A DNA stretch of 64,000 nucleotides from Callorhinchus milii. Taxonomy: Eukaryota. Below the pieces are notes generated by a model that saw only the letters and a program-made list of their open reading frames with translations, did no database searches and was not told the origin of the DNA. The first letter of the stretch is position 1, and each line of letters starts with the position of its first letter. The DNA lies in NCBI RefSeq assembly GCF_018977255.1, contig NW_024704742.1, forward strand, positions 38,628,001 to 38,692,000, given 5' to 3'. The translations under genes were made by a program, and so were the position numbers. Below are positions 1 to 12,334 of the stretch, piece by piece.

Positions 1-725
1 TGGAGAGAGGGAGGTGCCAGGAAGTGAATGGATTTCAACATGTGTTTGAGGATCTTGAAGTCGATCCATTTAGTGATGGGGAGCAAGTGGGCTCTGGCCA
101 GAACTAGTAAGGTGGGGGTACGAAGTTTGGCCGGGTAAGTATGCGGGTGGCAGAGTTCTGAATGAGTTGGATTTTTTGAATAGTGGAGCTGGGGAGACCG
201 GCGAGGAGTGTATTTGCGTAATCCAGGCGAGAGGTGACACTCATGCCTGGTGGTTTCGGCTGCATTTGGGGTAAGGTACAGTTGGAGGCGGGCAATGTGT
301 CGGAGGTGGAAGAAGGTGGTCCTGGTCAGGGACTGGATGTGAGGATAGAAGGACAGCTGGGAGTCTAACCGGATGCCTAGATTGCGCACTGGTTCGGTGA
401 GAGGGAGAGCCCAGGGAGGTTGAGGAGTTCAGATCCACAGGAGTGAAGACGTTGACAGGAGCCAAGGAGTATGGCTTCCGTCTTGTCCACATTCAGTTGC
501 GGGAAGTTTGCACTCATCCAGGCCATGATGACTGCCAGACAAGCTGATAGAACATCGGTGGACCTGGAGTCAATACTGGAGGAGGCAAAGTAGATTGTGT
601 GTCATCTGCATACATGTGGAAGTTTACCCCAAGCATATAGATAAGAAAAAGAAGAGGGCTAAGGATGGAGCTCTGAGGTACCGGCAGCTGACTGGGCAGG
701 GGCGGGAGGAGAAACCATTTGCCGA
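1..725 (-). mobile_element. L2 LINE fragment (RT region)
   Basis: Minus-strand translation [28 protein letters not shown] and a YADD motif near 600-615. Confidence 0.85.
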
Positions 726-791
726 GCTAACTGAATAACATCTGCAGGTCAATACCCAGAATCAAGAAGTAGCTCAAATAATAAAATATAT

Positions 792-960
792 TAATAATCC
801 TTGCATTTGATATAGTGCAATTTACGTCTTATAGATGTCTCAAAGCGCTTCACAGAATATACTGTAAAGTGAATTGACTGTATATTTGTGGGGAAAACGT
901 GGCAGCCAATTGCGCACAACAGTGTCCCACAAACAGTCGTGGATTGAAGTGACCAATTTT
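792..960 (-). mobile_element. SINE 3' part (same family)
   Basis: AATAATCCTTGCATTTGATATAG.. tail and body. Confidence 0.85.
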
Positions 961-3661
961 ATATATTGTTTTCCTCTCAAATATTTTTCTCTGCCAGATT
1001 TATTACTTTCATTTTCTTTGTTTGGGCCGAATTAGGGCCTCTGCAAATGTTGTGTAAACTGGCTGATAGGAAGTGCACAGGAGTAGCGGAGGTTCATTCA
1101 TGCAATCTGCTCTCCTTGTTGTTGGGAAGCATCTAACCAACGCTGAGCGCTTCCTATAGATACATATCTGAAATTGAGAACTCTACTGTAGAAGGAAATT
1201 GAACCTGCTATTCTGTAGTATTGAACATTGGTGCTCCCAGGCTCTGAATTACCTGGAAGAACGTTCAATATCTTAAAATAACTTTGAATATTTACACTCA
1301 TTAAAATACCTAGAGGATTGAAACAGTCTCAAAACACTACACAGCAATTACTGTCAAGTGCAATGCAGTGACTGTTATTTGTAGGCAAACATTGGATCAT
1401 GTTGCTCCGCTCCACAATCAGCCACAAGGTGAATGAAGAAAGTCAAACAAACAAACTGCCATGCAGAAGATGAATGCAGCCAATTCACCACACAATTAAC
1501 TCCTGCCCTTTGTGTATTATTTGGGAGAAAGGGGGTGTAGATCCAAGGTACTTCATCAAACGAAGAGAGGTTAGATCATAGGTCACATCAATTCAACTCA
1601 TGGCCGCTTCTGAGCAAGGGTCTGAAGGTCTCATTACGTAATACAAAATAATCCTTGCATTTGACATAGCATCTTTCAAGTTGTATATCTTTCAAGTTGG
1701 GAGCACATATCTAAGCATTTCAAAGCATTGCGTATTTTGTGACTGTGTATTTTGTAGGCAAACGCAACAGCCAATTTATGCACAGCAATGCCCCACAAAC
1801 AGCCATGAAGTGACTGAACAATTTTAACTGAGGGGTTGTTGGCCAGGCCAGAAACTCTTTTCAAATACTACCATGGGTTCTTTGCCCCCCCAACTGAACA
1901 GGCAGACAGGACCTCAGTTTAACATCTCAACCAACCTCAACCTGCATTAGAGTATCAACCTAAACAATACAAGTAAAATATTCTCAATGTGGGGCTTGAA
2001 CCCTTAACATTCTGACTCAGAGGTACAAGTGCTACCAAGTGTGTCATGCTGACACACAATAAATGTTCTTGGGAAAGACATGTTATTCAGCACAGCCCTC
2101 AATTTGCATTACCTTTTTCCTATTTGTTTTGGTTGGTTTCATCTCTTTGAATTGTTTTTTGAGGTGCAGGTGGGGTGGGGGGGGGGGGGGGGGTGGGGGG
2201 TGGTGGATGGGAATCGTCTCTCATTTTCTCTTGTGCTGTTTGCGGAATAAAGGGAAAAAATACAAGAAATACATCTTCTTGTTTTTCTCTCCTCATTTTT
2301 ACTCATATTTTCCATTCACTACATGATAAGACTTTCCTGTTTTTCGCATTCAGCACGTTATCTCACTACTCCATCTCTGTCTCACACACCCACCTTTTCA
2401 TCTACTTTTGCTTGCTAGGCGAGGAATTTTCTTTGATACTATTAAAAGTGGCACCAGTCAATCTCATTCACCTATTAGATACTTTAATAGTATCTAAAGT
2501 CACTCTGAATCTAATGAAGTGTTGGCTTTACATGGGAATAAAGATAAAGAGAGAGACCAAAGACAGGAAACAAAAAAGGGAGTGAGAAGTAAGCAGAGAT
2601 GTAGAGAGGCAGCCTTCACCAATCCTTGCTGTGAGCAGTGGCTTCCACTTGATGTTGACAAATTCACTTCCTATGTTCTGTTGACAACTTCTGAAGACTT
2701 AGTTCTGCAGCATTTATCTTGATGCATTTATTCTTTTGATTGCTGTTAACCATACTCCAAGGAGAAATGAATTGCACTTCACCTGGTCTTAGCCATTCGA
2801 TCTTTGTCTTAAAATTTAAGATTGTGCAGAATTTTGGACAATTCTTAAATTCAGTCCTAATTGCAAAGCTTTTGAACCATAGGATGTCAAGGAATTCAGG
2901 TGAGTGCCTAGGGTCAAGAAGTAATAAAAACAACTTGCACTTACATAGCACCTTTGCAGATAAACTTCTAGATGTGCTTTACAATGATGATGGGGATCAT
3001 TAAACAGACAGGGGAGGAAAGGGAGGTTGAGGGTATTGAACCAAGGATAGCCTGTTTGCCATTCCGCCACTTTTTCTATTTATTGTGGATTGTATTTGAA
3101 GGTATTAAATAATTTAATTATGTCACAGCAGCACAGCATAAAAGGAATTTATGAAGCGTCTGAATAAAAGAAGAGTAGGAGCCAAGCAAAACTGTGTTGC
3201 TAAAAGAAGCAGAGATGGTAGGTAGGGTAGGTGCAAAAATAGAAATAATGATCCTTGCATTTGATATCCAACAATTTTTATTTACATATCACCCTTCACA
3301 TTGGATAACATCATAAAGCGGTGTACTTTAAGATGGCGGATTGGATGTTGAGCAAGGAAGAAGCAAGCGGGAGGTGAGCGAAGTGGTCGAAGAGGTAGGT
3401 TTTCAGGTAGGATTTAAACTTGACAAAAAGCGGCAAGGTGGAGGGATTGAGACAAGAAGGTCCAGAGATAAGGGCCATTGTAGCTGAAGGCATGGCCACT
3501 AATGGTGCTGCAGAGGGGTTGAGGGACATGGAAAATATCTATATTAGCTGGGTCAGCAGTCCCAAAGCACTTCACATGATATACTGTAAAGTGGAGTGAC
3601 TGTGTATTTTGTGGGCAAATGATGGGAAAACAGCATACATGAAACCCAGTTAAAGTGACTT

Positions 3662-3964
3662 TAATAATAATAATCCTTGCATTTGATATAGCGTCTTATC
3701 ACGTCTTCTAGACGTCTCAAAGCACTTCACAGAATATACTGTAAAGTAAGTTGACTGTATATTTGTGGGCGAAATGCAGCAGCCAATTGCGCACAGCAGT
3801 GTCCCACAAACAGTCGTGGATTGAAGTGACCAATTTATTATTGTTTTTTTTTCTTGATGGATTATTATCAGGCGTGTGGAGTAAGGAAACTTGTCCAAGG
3901 TTTTGCCCTGCTGGGAATTGAACCCAGGTCTCTCGCTTGCGAGGCGAGTGCCACAGGACTCCAT
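3662..3964 (-). mobile_element. tRNA-derived SINE (same family)
   Basis: Colinear with the 10572-10921 copy. Confidence 0.88.
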
Positions 3965-5220
3965 ATAGTAAATACGCCTCAAATTGTAATTTCTACATGC
4001 AGTAACCTTTAATTTGCATTGAATTTGATTTATCAGTAATCAGAACAGGTGCAATCCATGTTGATTTCTCTTTTCAAGACCTTGTGTACCTCCTTTGATT
4101 TCACAATTCACCCTACATCTGCAAAATTTATTACCTTGGATCTAATGGTCCCAGCATGGACTTTCAGACGCCCCACTGAATACTTCCTACCATTTTAACC
4201 TCACTCTGCTATCGGTTACTCTGTTTCCTTTCTTCAAAACATTTACTACAAATCTTGATACCAGCGTGTAAAGGAGTTTTTATGCATTTCTTTGGAAAAT
4301 ACTCATTTGGAAGGCTATATGTAGAAAATCATATGATTTCCCACTGCCAAATTTGAATGTCACCACCTCAAAAAATGTCTGAGGTTGGTCAAACTTGATC
4401 TACAACTTCTGAAGTTATGTTCACAAGTACATCACTGACACCTTCCTTGAATATGGAACATTGCCAGTGTTGATTGACTGTCAAACTGTTTGTCAGAACT
4501 TCACAATTCTCCTTCCTTTTCTCTATATGTACTCCAGTGCATAGTTCATCTGTCTTAGAAAAATTAGTGTTTTTCAGTTCTTTTAACCTAAACCAATGAC
4601 TCTTTTAAAGTTACAAAATGTTGATTTGCACGATTTAGCGCTCTCTAATATACAGGGAATACAAACTATAGTAAAGGAAGAGGATGAAAACAGAGAAAAA
4701 CCATAACAGTGTGGTCAGAATGGATTAGATAGTGACAAGAACAAAAAAGAATATGACATGAAAGAAATTCTCTTATGTACTGTGAATGATTAGTAGAAAT
4801 AATCTATTATTATTATTTGCTTTATAATAAACCTTCATAATTTTGAAGACCTCCATTAGATAACTCCTTTAATCCTTAACTTTCAGAATCCTAGTGTAAA
4901 AAGCTTTAAATTCTCATGTGTTTATTCGTAAGTGAAACCTCTCATCCCTGGTTACATCCTAATGCATCTACAATGCAGTTTTCTATTGTTTTTATGCCCT
5001 TCCTACAATGCAGTTCTCAAAACTGTACAAGATACTCCCATCTGTGGACGAACTAAAGTCTTGTACAAGTTATAATCCTTGCATATGTTGTAGGGTCTTA
5101 TCATGTGATCAGTATGACTCACGGCTCACAGCTTCACAGGATTTTACTGTGAACTGTAATACTGTGAAATTAGTAGGCAAACACAGCAGTCACTTTGCAC
5201 AGGCAGCTTGAATTTTTTTT

Positions 5221-5720
5221 TGGTCAGCCAGATGTCTGACAAATGCGGAAACCCATCACCACGATTAAGCATATCCAAACCAAGCTGAGATTTCCATCAT
5301 CTCACCTACATGTGGAAGTCCCAGAGAAATTATTGGAATGTAATGCACCCTCTCTCCCTGGAGGGAAGCATCCTGCCTACCTAATTCCGGAAAGTATTAG
5401 GCACAGGTTGGCAGGAGCAAAGGCTTGGGAACCCCAGAGTGTGCATTGGGGTACTGCTGGAGTGTAACCAGCTAAACCATATAGCTTGTCATTAATATTG
5501 CTGTCCAGCAAGCTTTTCAACTGCTTGTCCAGCTAGGACCACCCTACACATTAAGACTTTGGTTTGCAGGGTTAACAAGAGCTAAGTGGGATGATTCCCT
5601 GCCCCCAGTGACTAGTCTGCCCTTTCAGGTCCTGTCGATGAGCCACACTGGCTGTGCTGTTATCGGCAGTGCCATGGAAAACTGGCAGGTTGAACATTAC
5701 CTCCTTGCCTTTCTATTCTA
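5221..5720 (+). repeat. Unclassified old interspersed repeat; other copies ~6430-6760 (+), 26500-26740 (-), 46850-47105 (-)
   Basis: Shared GATGTCTGACA..GGAAACCCATCAC and TCTCTCCC.GGAGGGA.GCA.CC..CTTACC.AATTCC.GAA blocks. Confidence 0.7.
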
Positions 5721-5809
5721 CCTCTAGATATAAAACAAGAATTCTCTTTGCTTTTTCATGGCCTTATCTACCTGACCCTGTCATCTTTATTGACCTGTGT
5801 ATCTGCACA

Positions 5810-6046
5810 CAAAGGCGTCTCTCCATCCCGCAGTCCCTCCGCCTCACCCCCTCACTTACCTCTTTCAAGACCCATCTCAAGACCTTCCTCTTCGACCGTG
5901 CCTTCGGTTACCCTCCTTCCACCCCTGCCCTCCACCCTCCCCAATCCCGACCTCCAGCTCAGGTCCAAAACACTTGATTGTGCAGCCGCTGGGGACATCC
6001 TCCTGACATGAAAGGCGCTACAGAAATGTAATTTTGTTGTTGTTGT
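5810..6046 (+). mobile_element. L2 3' end
   Basis: FKTHLKTFLFDRAF*; tail TTTTGTTGTTGTTG. Confidence 0.85.
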
Positions 6047-7389
6047 CTCTCCTCATTTATTTTTTAAATCATGCAGTATTTTGTTTTCTACAGTACTAAT
6101 TGCAGTCTGGCAGGCCACTTGTTTTCTGCTGTCTGCTTTAGTGATAAATAGAACTGTGTAGATAGCAAACACCTGCTAGGGACAGAAGAAAGAACACACA
6201 ACTGTTCCTGAAGAGACAGAATATTTGTTTACAATACAGAACACACAAGCTATTATTCTAATAGCTATTAGCTATTATTCCCTCCCCAACAAATGTGTTT
6301 CCACAGCAGCTGAGAGGTGTTAGATAAACTAAAATCCTTGCATTTCATTTAGTGCTTCGAAGGAGGCTATATCTCAGCACTTCAAAGGTAATTGCTGTTA
6401 AGTGTAGTGACTGGGTATTTGTATCTTTTTAGTCAGGAGGGTGTCTGACACATGTGAAAGCCTGTCGTTAAGAGACCTTAAAGAGCGTCCAAATCAGACT
6501 GAATTTCACTTATTCATTGACAACTACGTGTGAAAATTTCACTGTCTGGAATGTGCATTCTATCCCCAGAGGGACGCACCCTGCTTACCTAATTCCAGAA
6601 AATATTGGGAGCAGGTTTATGACAGCTGAGGTTTGGGAACTCCAGAGTCTGTGTTGGGGTACTGCTACGGCTAAAACACGAAGCTTGCCATTATAAACAC
6701 TGTCTGACAGGTTCCCTATCACTTGGCTTTTGCTTTCAGGGTTAACGAGTGGGAAGAATGGTCTGTTCCCCGAGATCAGTCTACTCTTCTTACCAACAAG
6801 CCAAGCTGTCTGGTCTGCCATTAGTTCTGAGTTACAGGTTAATGTAGGCCAGAGCCCTCCCTCTGACCCTCTCTGCAGTCGCTGGGAATCTGTAGGCAAA
6901 TGCAACAACAGCAACAACTTACAATGTGGTGGTGCCTTTTATTCACAAGGGGTGGCATCTCAGACTGCTGAAATGCAGCAGCCAATTTGTGCACAGCAGG
7001 GTCCCACAAACAACTATGAAGTAAATTAGCAATTTATCTGGATGAGTAATGCCTTGGACACTAGAAGAAACTCTATTCTTTTCAGAATAGTGTCAAAGGA
7101 TACTTAAAGTTCATGTAAACAGGATAATGAAGCCTCAATTCTCAACCAAAGGACTGCACTTCCATCAATGCAGCACTTGCCCAGTACTGCAATAGGTTGC
7201 CTTGAGTATGAACTCAAATTCCTGATGTGCAACTTGAAATTACAACTTTCTGACCCACCTGCGTGACACTGAGCCAAGCTGATACCTAAAACTAATACAA
7301 ACAAATTAAGGAAACGTGAGGCAAATAAACGTAGTCCTGCAATTCTCACAAAATTGCAACAAAGAAAACAAGAATTAATACAATTCAAT

Positions 7390-7975
7390 ACAAAATGACA
7401 TTTGTACAGCGCCTTTCACGTCAGGAGGACGTCCCAAGGCGCTGAATAGACAGGGATTTGGATCCGAGCTAGGGGTCGGGATCAGGATCGGGGAGGGTGG
7501 CGGGTAGGGGGATGGCCGAAGGCTCGGTCAAAGAGGAGGGTTTTGAGACGCGCCTTGAAGGAGGCAAGAGAGGGAGAGAGTCAAAGGGAATTTGGGTGGA
7601 GTTCCAAAGGGTGGGAGCAAAAAGGCTGAAGGCCTGACTGCCGATGGTGGGGCGGGCCGAGCGAGCGACTTGGAGCAGGTCGGAGCTTGCTGAGGTTGAT
7701 GTGGGGTCAGCAGGTCGCAGAGGTAGGAAGGAACAAGGCCGTGGAGGGTCTTGAAGGCGAGGATGAGGATTTTGAACTCTATCCACTGGGGGATGGGGAG
7801 CCAGTGAAGCTGGGCAAGGGTGTGGGTGATGGGGTCACGAGCCTGCCGCAGGAGAGGACATGAGCTGCAGAGTTCTGGATGATCTGCAGCTTGTGGAGGG
7901 AAGAGTTGGGAAGGCCGACAAGCAGGGAGATGGTGTAGATGTGATGAATGCATGGATGAGGGTTTTGGTGGCCTG
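7390..7975 (-). mobile_element. L2 LINE 3' fragment
   Basis: LQIIQNSAA..LAQLHWLPI..FKIL motifs and L2 3' tail. Confidence 0.88.
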
Positions 7976-8114
7976 AACAATTTAGACAAAACCAGATGAA
8001 CAATAATAAGAATAAATAAAAGTACAAGTAGGGGGAAAAAGTCAGTGTGATTCTCTGAAGAACTGTAAAATGAGAAGGGAGAATCAACCAAAGTATTTTT
8101 TAACAAGTTTATTA

Positions 8115-10123
8115 TCTATACTAATAAAGATGAAATATCTGTGTGTCTGTCCGCCAAGAGCACAATGACTGATTGACATAGAGACATGATTTATACCTCA
8201 TTGGAAAGGTCTTGCCTGGGGGAGTGTCATGGGCATATTTTTTTACGGGGATCTCCTATCTCCTGATGAGCTATGTTTAAAAAAATGCTTTAATTGAGCC
8301 CCAAAAGATAAGGTATGCATGGTTTCTGCAACAAAGTAGCAACAGAGGAAATCACACACCCTTCTAGAGAGATACATCTATACTAATATATTCTGCAACA
8401 AAGTAGCCACAGAGAAAATTACACAACATGTGACCTAAGTAAGCTCATTTCACAGGAGTCCTCCTAACCACGAGTCAACAACAACAAAATTACATTTGTA
8501 AAGCGCCTTTCACGTTTGGAGGACGTCCCAAGGCGCTGGACAGACAGACAGTTATGGACCCGAGCTGAGGGTCGGGGTGGAGGAGGTGGGAGGGCAGTGG
8601 GGAAAGCAGGGAGATCAAAAGCACGCTCGAAAAGGAGGGTCTTGAGATGGGTCTTGAAGGTGGCGAAGGAGGGGGAGAGGTGGAAGGACTGCGCAATGGA
8701 GTTCCAGAGGGTAGGGGCAGAGTGGTGTAAGGACCGCCTGCCTTTAGTGGGGCCAGCGAGTTGGGGAACGTGAAACAGGCCGAAGCCATCTGAACCGAGG
8801 GAGCGAACAGGGTGGGAGGGGCTTAGGAGGTCAGAGAGGTAGGGGGGAGCAAGACCATGGAGGGCTTTGAAGGTGAGGACCAGTATCTTTAACTGTATGC
8901 TCTGTGTGATGGGAAGCCAGTGGAGCTGGGCAAGGATGGGGGTGATGGGGTCGCGGAGCCTGGTGCGGGAGAGGACACGGGCTGCAGAGTTCTGGACGAT
9001 CTGCAGCCTGTGGGGGGAGGAGTTGGAGAGGCCGACAAGCAGTGAGTTTGCATAGTCAAGCCTCGATGTTATGAATGTGTGTATGAGGGTTTTGGTGGCC
9101 TGCGATGTGAGACAGTGTCGGAGCCGGCGACGTTGTGGAGGTTGGGGAAGACAGAGCGGGTCATGGCGCTGATGTGGGGTAGAAAGGATAGTTGAGGGTC
9201 AAACAAGACGCCAAGGTTCTGGACTGGCTTAGTAAGGTGGAGTATGCAACCAGGGATGGTGACGCTGTCGGTGCCTGAGGTGAAGAAGCACTGACTTGAG
9301 CCAAGCAGGAGAGCCTCGGTCTTGCTGACAGTCAGCTATCGAAAGTTAGCTCTCATCCAGGACTTGATGTCTGACAGACATTCTGTCAGGACAGCAGTGT
9401 TCCTGGAGTCAAGGGTGGAGGCAGAGAGGTAGAGTTGGGTGTCATCCGCATACATGTGGAGGTTGACCCCATGTCTGCGAATGATGTCACCGAGTGGGAG
9501 CATACAGATGTTGAAGAGGAGGAGATCAAGGACAGAGCCCTAAGGAACGCCGCACAAGACAGTCCAGGGGCTAGAGGAGAAGCCACTTGAGGAGATGAAG
9601 TGCAGGCAGTGTGAAAGGTATGATCTGAACCAATCAAGGACAGCGCTGTGGAGGTTGAGGTGAGATGAGGTGGTGGATGAGGATAAAGTGGTTGACGGTG
9701 TCGAAAGCAGCAGAGAGGTCGAGGAGGATGAGGAGGCAGAGGGAGCCCTGGTCGCAGATGGACAGAATCGAGGATTTTTTTGTGCCATAAATTAAAATAG
9801 TCAAGTACATTTTTAGCCCCAAAGTAGCCTACATAATACACATGCTATATAATATTTATATTATAAGATACAATTAAAAATTTAAAACATCATTTTCTAT
9901 ATTGTTTTAATTTTTTTTAAATTAAAAAAGCCTTTTAGAAATCGTCGACTTTTTTTATTTTGGGGGAATCTCCTATCATATAAAGTATAATAATTGAATA
10001 TAAGGTATAATAATATAATGTATAATAAAGTATAATAATCTAATATAAAGTATAATAATACTGAAATCTACATTCCATATTGGATCCTTTGATTACAAGT
10101 GTAGCTGCAACAGGTACAGCTAG
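8115..10123 (+). mobile_element. Candidate non-autonomous Helitron, interrupted by an L2
   Basis: A|TCTATACTAATAAAG.. 5' end; 3' end TGTAGCTG-CAA-CAGGTACA-G-CTAG|T; no TSD; second TCTATACTAATA at 8377. Confidence 0.55.
8476..9776 (-). mobile_element. 5'-truncated L2 LINE with (TTG)n tail
   Basis: LILLDLSAAFDTV, YADD and LHWLP motifs; CAACAACAACAAAAT tail. Confidence 0.9.
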
Positions 10124-10571
10124 TTATTATTAATAAATAGAACAAACAATAAAGGAAAACATTCAGGAGTAACAATAACAGTTTTTAAAAAGTGCCTAAG
10201 CTATTATTTATTAACCCTTTTAGATTCATTGTTATAATTTATACAAACCCTGAATTATTTTGAACACAACTATTAGGTTGCTTATGATCTTTGTTTCAAC
10301 AGTTTACAACATCAGTTAATTACAAATGGCAGACGATAATACAAGCCAGAGACATTATATTTAGGCATTCAGTTCCTATCATGATTTTTGGAACTTATCG
10401 TTATTGGATAAACACGGATTTCCTTTTTTGTTTCGTAAAGATTTACCGGGGGCGGCGGAGCGGGTTACAAACAAAAATCAGAAACCCTAATCAAATTGTA
10501 TAATTTCGGACTTTAAAGGCAAAGTTGTAATCGTGTGTCTTGCGTCTTCCCAAATGAAAAGTTGTGGACAT

Positions 10572-10921
10572 CATAATAATAATAATAATCCTTGCATTTG
10601 ATATAGCGCTTTTCACGTCGGGAGGACGTCCCAAAGCGCTTCACAGAACACACTGTAAAGTGAATTGACTGTATATTTGTGGGCGAACGCTGCAGCCAAT
10701 TGCGCACAGCAATGTCCCACAAACAGTCGTAGATTGAAAATAACCAATTTATTATTGTTTTGGGTTTTGGAGGGATTATTATTAGGCTCTGTGTGGAGTA
10801 AGGAAACTTGCCCAAGGTTTCGCCCTCTGCCTGGAATTGAACTCAGGTCTCTCACTTGCAAAGCGAGTGCTCTAACCACTGAGCTACAGGACTCCACAAC
10901 CACTGAGCTACAGGACTCCAC
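10572..10921 (-). mobile_element. Young tRNA-derived SINE with L2-type tail; doubled 5' end
   Basis: Head GGAGTCCTGTAGCTCAGTGGTTAGAGC (A box), GAGTTCAATTCC (B box), TGC anticodon-like loop, (TTA)n tail. Confidence 0.92.
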
Positions 10922-11748
10922 ATCTGGGTTCTTACCCTGACCTGTATATTTGTGTTGCAATATGATACTGGACATTGAATAAATAATTGTTGCATTTGAT
11001 TACAAGGCTATATAATATCAAAAGGGTGGGCGGGGGCTCATGTGGAGTATAAACACTGGTGCAGACTTGTTTGGCTGAGAGACCTGTTTCTGGCTGCAGA
11101 TTTCTATGCAAACGTTTGCAAAACGCACCCAAAGAGCTTCATTCACGCAGAGAATTGCTGTCACGATCCTGCGACTGTGCACCTATTATTAAGGGCAAAC
11201 AATCCTCGATTTTTATTGCAGAAACCATAACATTGCGAGCACACCTCGAAGAGGAGATTCACCATAAAACGTAACGTGTACAGAGAAAGCATCGATCAGT
11301 AAGTGTGTGTGTGGAGCAAAATCCCACAAGTGGCCAATTGACCTGGAGGTGGCGGTGGCGTGGGAGGACTCGCCAACCCGTCTTGGGATAGCGCGCGACG
11401 TCACAAAGCCCCCCCCCCCCTCCCAAACCACCGCCCCTCTTGTTCAAACGCGCCTCTCGTTGGCGTCGGGCGGCGCAAGCGCGGAAAGCGCATCCTCGTT
11501 TCCCTCCACCAACCCCCCCCCCCCCCCCCCCACCCGCACTCCCGCCGCCGCCTCCCTCCGATTGGCCGGAGGCCGTGCGCCACGTGACCGGCAATCGGCA
11601 GGGCGGGGAGAGGAGCGGCGGCCATTTTGTGTAGAGTCCATTATTTAAAGAGAGGACCGTGCGGCGCCTCGCTCTCTGCCGGCTCCAGCCCCGGGGCCAG
11701 TGCTGCTGCCCGACCGACTGGACTGTGAGAGCGCAGCGAGTCTGTCTC

Positions 11749-11779
<31 letters not shown>

Positions 11780-11784
11780 AGAGA
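11749..11784. repeat. (CA)n(GA)n microsatellite in the probable HNRNPD 5'UTR
   Basis: Directly visible. Confidence 0.95.
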
Positions 11785-12026
11785 GGCCAAAGGGAACACC
11801 GGTCACTCGGGGAGGAAACGGCCACGGCAGCTTCTCATCGCCCTCAGTGAGCCGGCGGGCCCGAGGCCAGGCCGTTGCGTGCTCCGGTTCGCTGTCTGCC
11901 GTGCGTGTGATCTTTTTTTTCTTGCCTCGGGAGTCGGTGCGTGGATTTCCCCCCTCACCCCCTCTCACCCCCACCACCACCCCCTACCTGGGCGGCGGCG
12001 GCGGCAGAGGCGGAGGCCCGAGGCAT

Positions 12027-12334
12027 ATGTCGGAGGCGGTGCAGTCCTCCGGGATGGAGGAAGCGGGGGCCGGGCAGAAGCCGGAGCAGGTCCCGGCTGC
12101 GGGAGCGGGAGGTGAAGACGCGGCGGTGGCGGCGAAGGCCGGGACCGGCGAGTCGGGAGCGAATGGTGGCGCTGCAGCAGGAGGCGGCGGCGGCGGAGGA
12201 GGAGGAGGAGGAGGAGGCGGCGGCGGCCCTGCGGCGGAGGCCGCGCAGCTCGCCGAGGGCGCAGAGTCGTCGGTTTCGGTGATAGAGACGGAAGGAGCCA
12301 AGATCGACGCCAGTAAAACGGAGGAGGACGAGGG
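12027..12334 (+). CDS. HNRNPD: HNRNPD coding exon 1 (Ala/Gly-rich N-terminus, Gly16 tract)
   Basis: ATG at 12027 (MSEAVQ..), ends EEDE-G|GTGAGC, phase 2. Confidence 0.9.
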
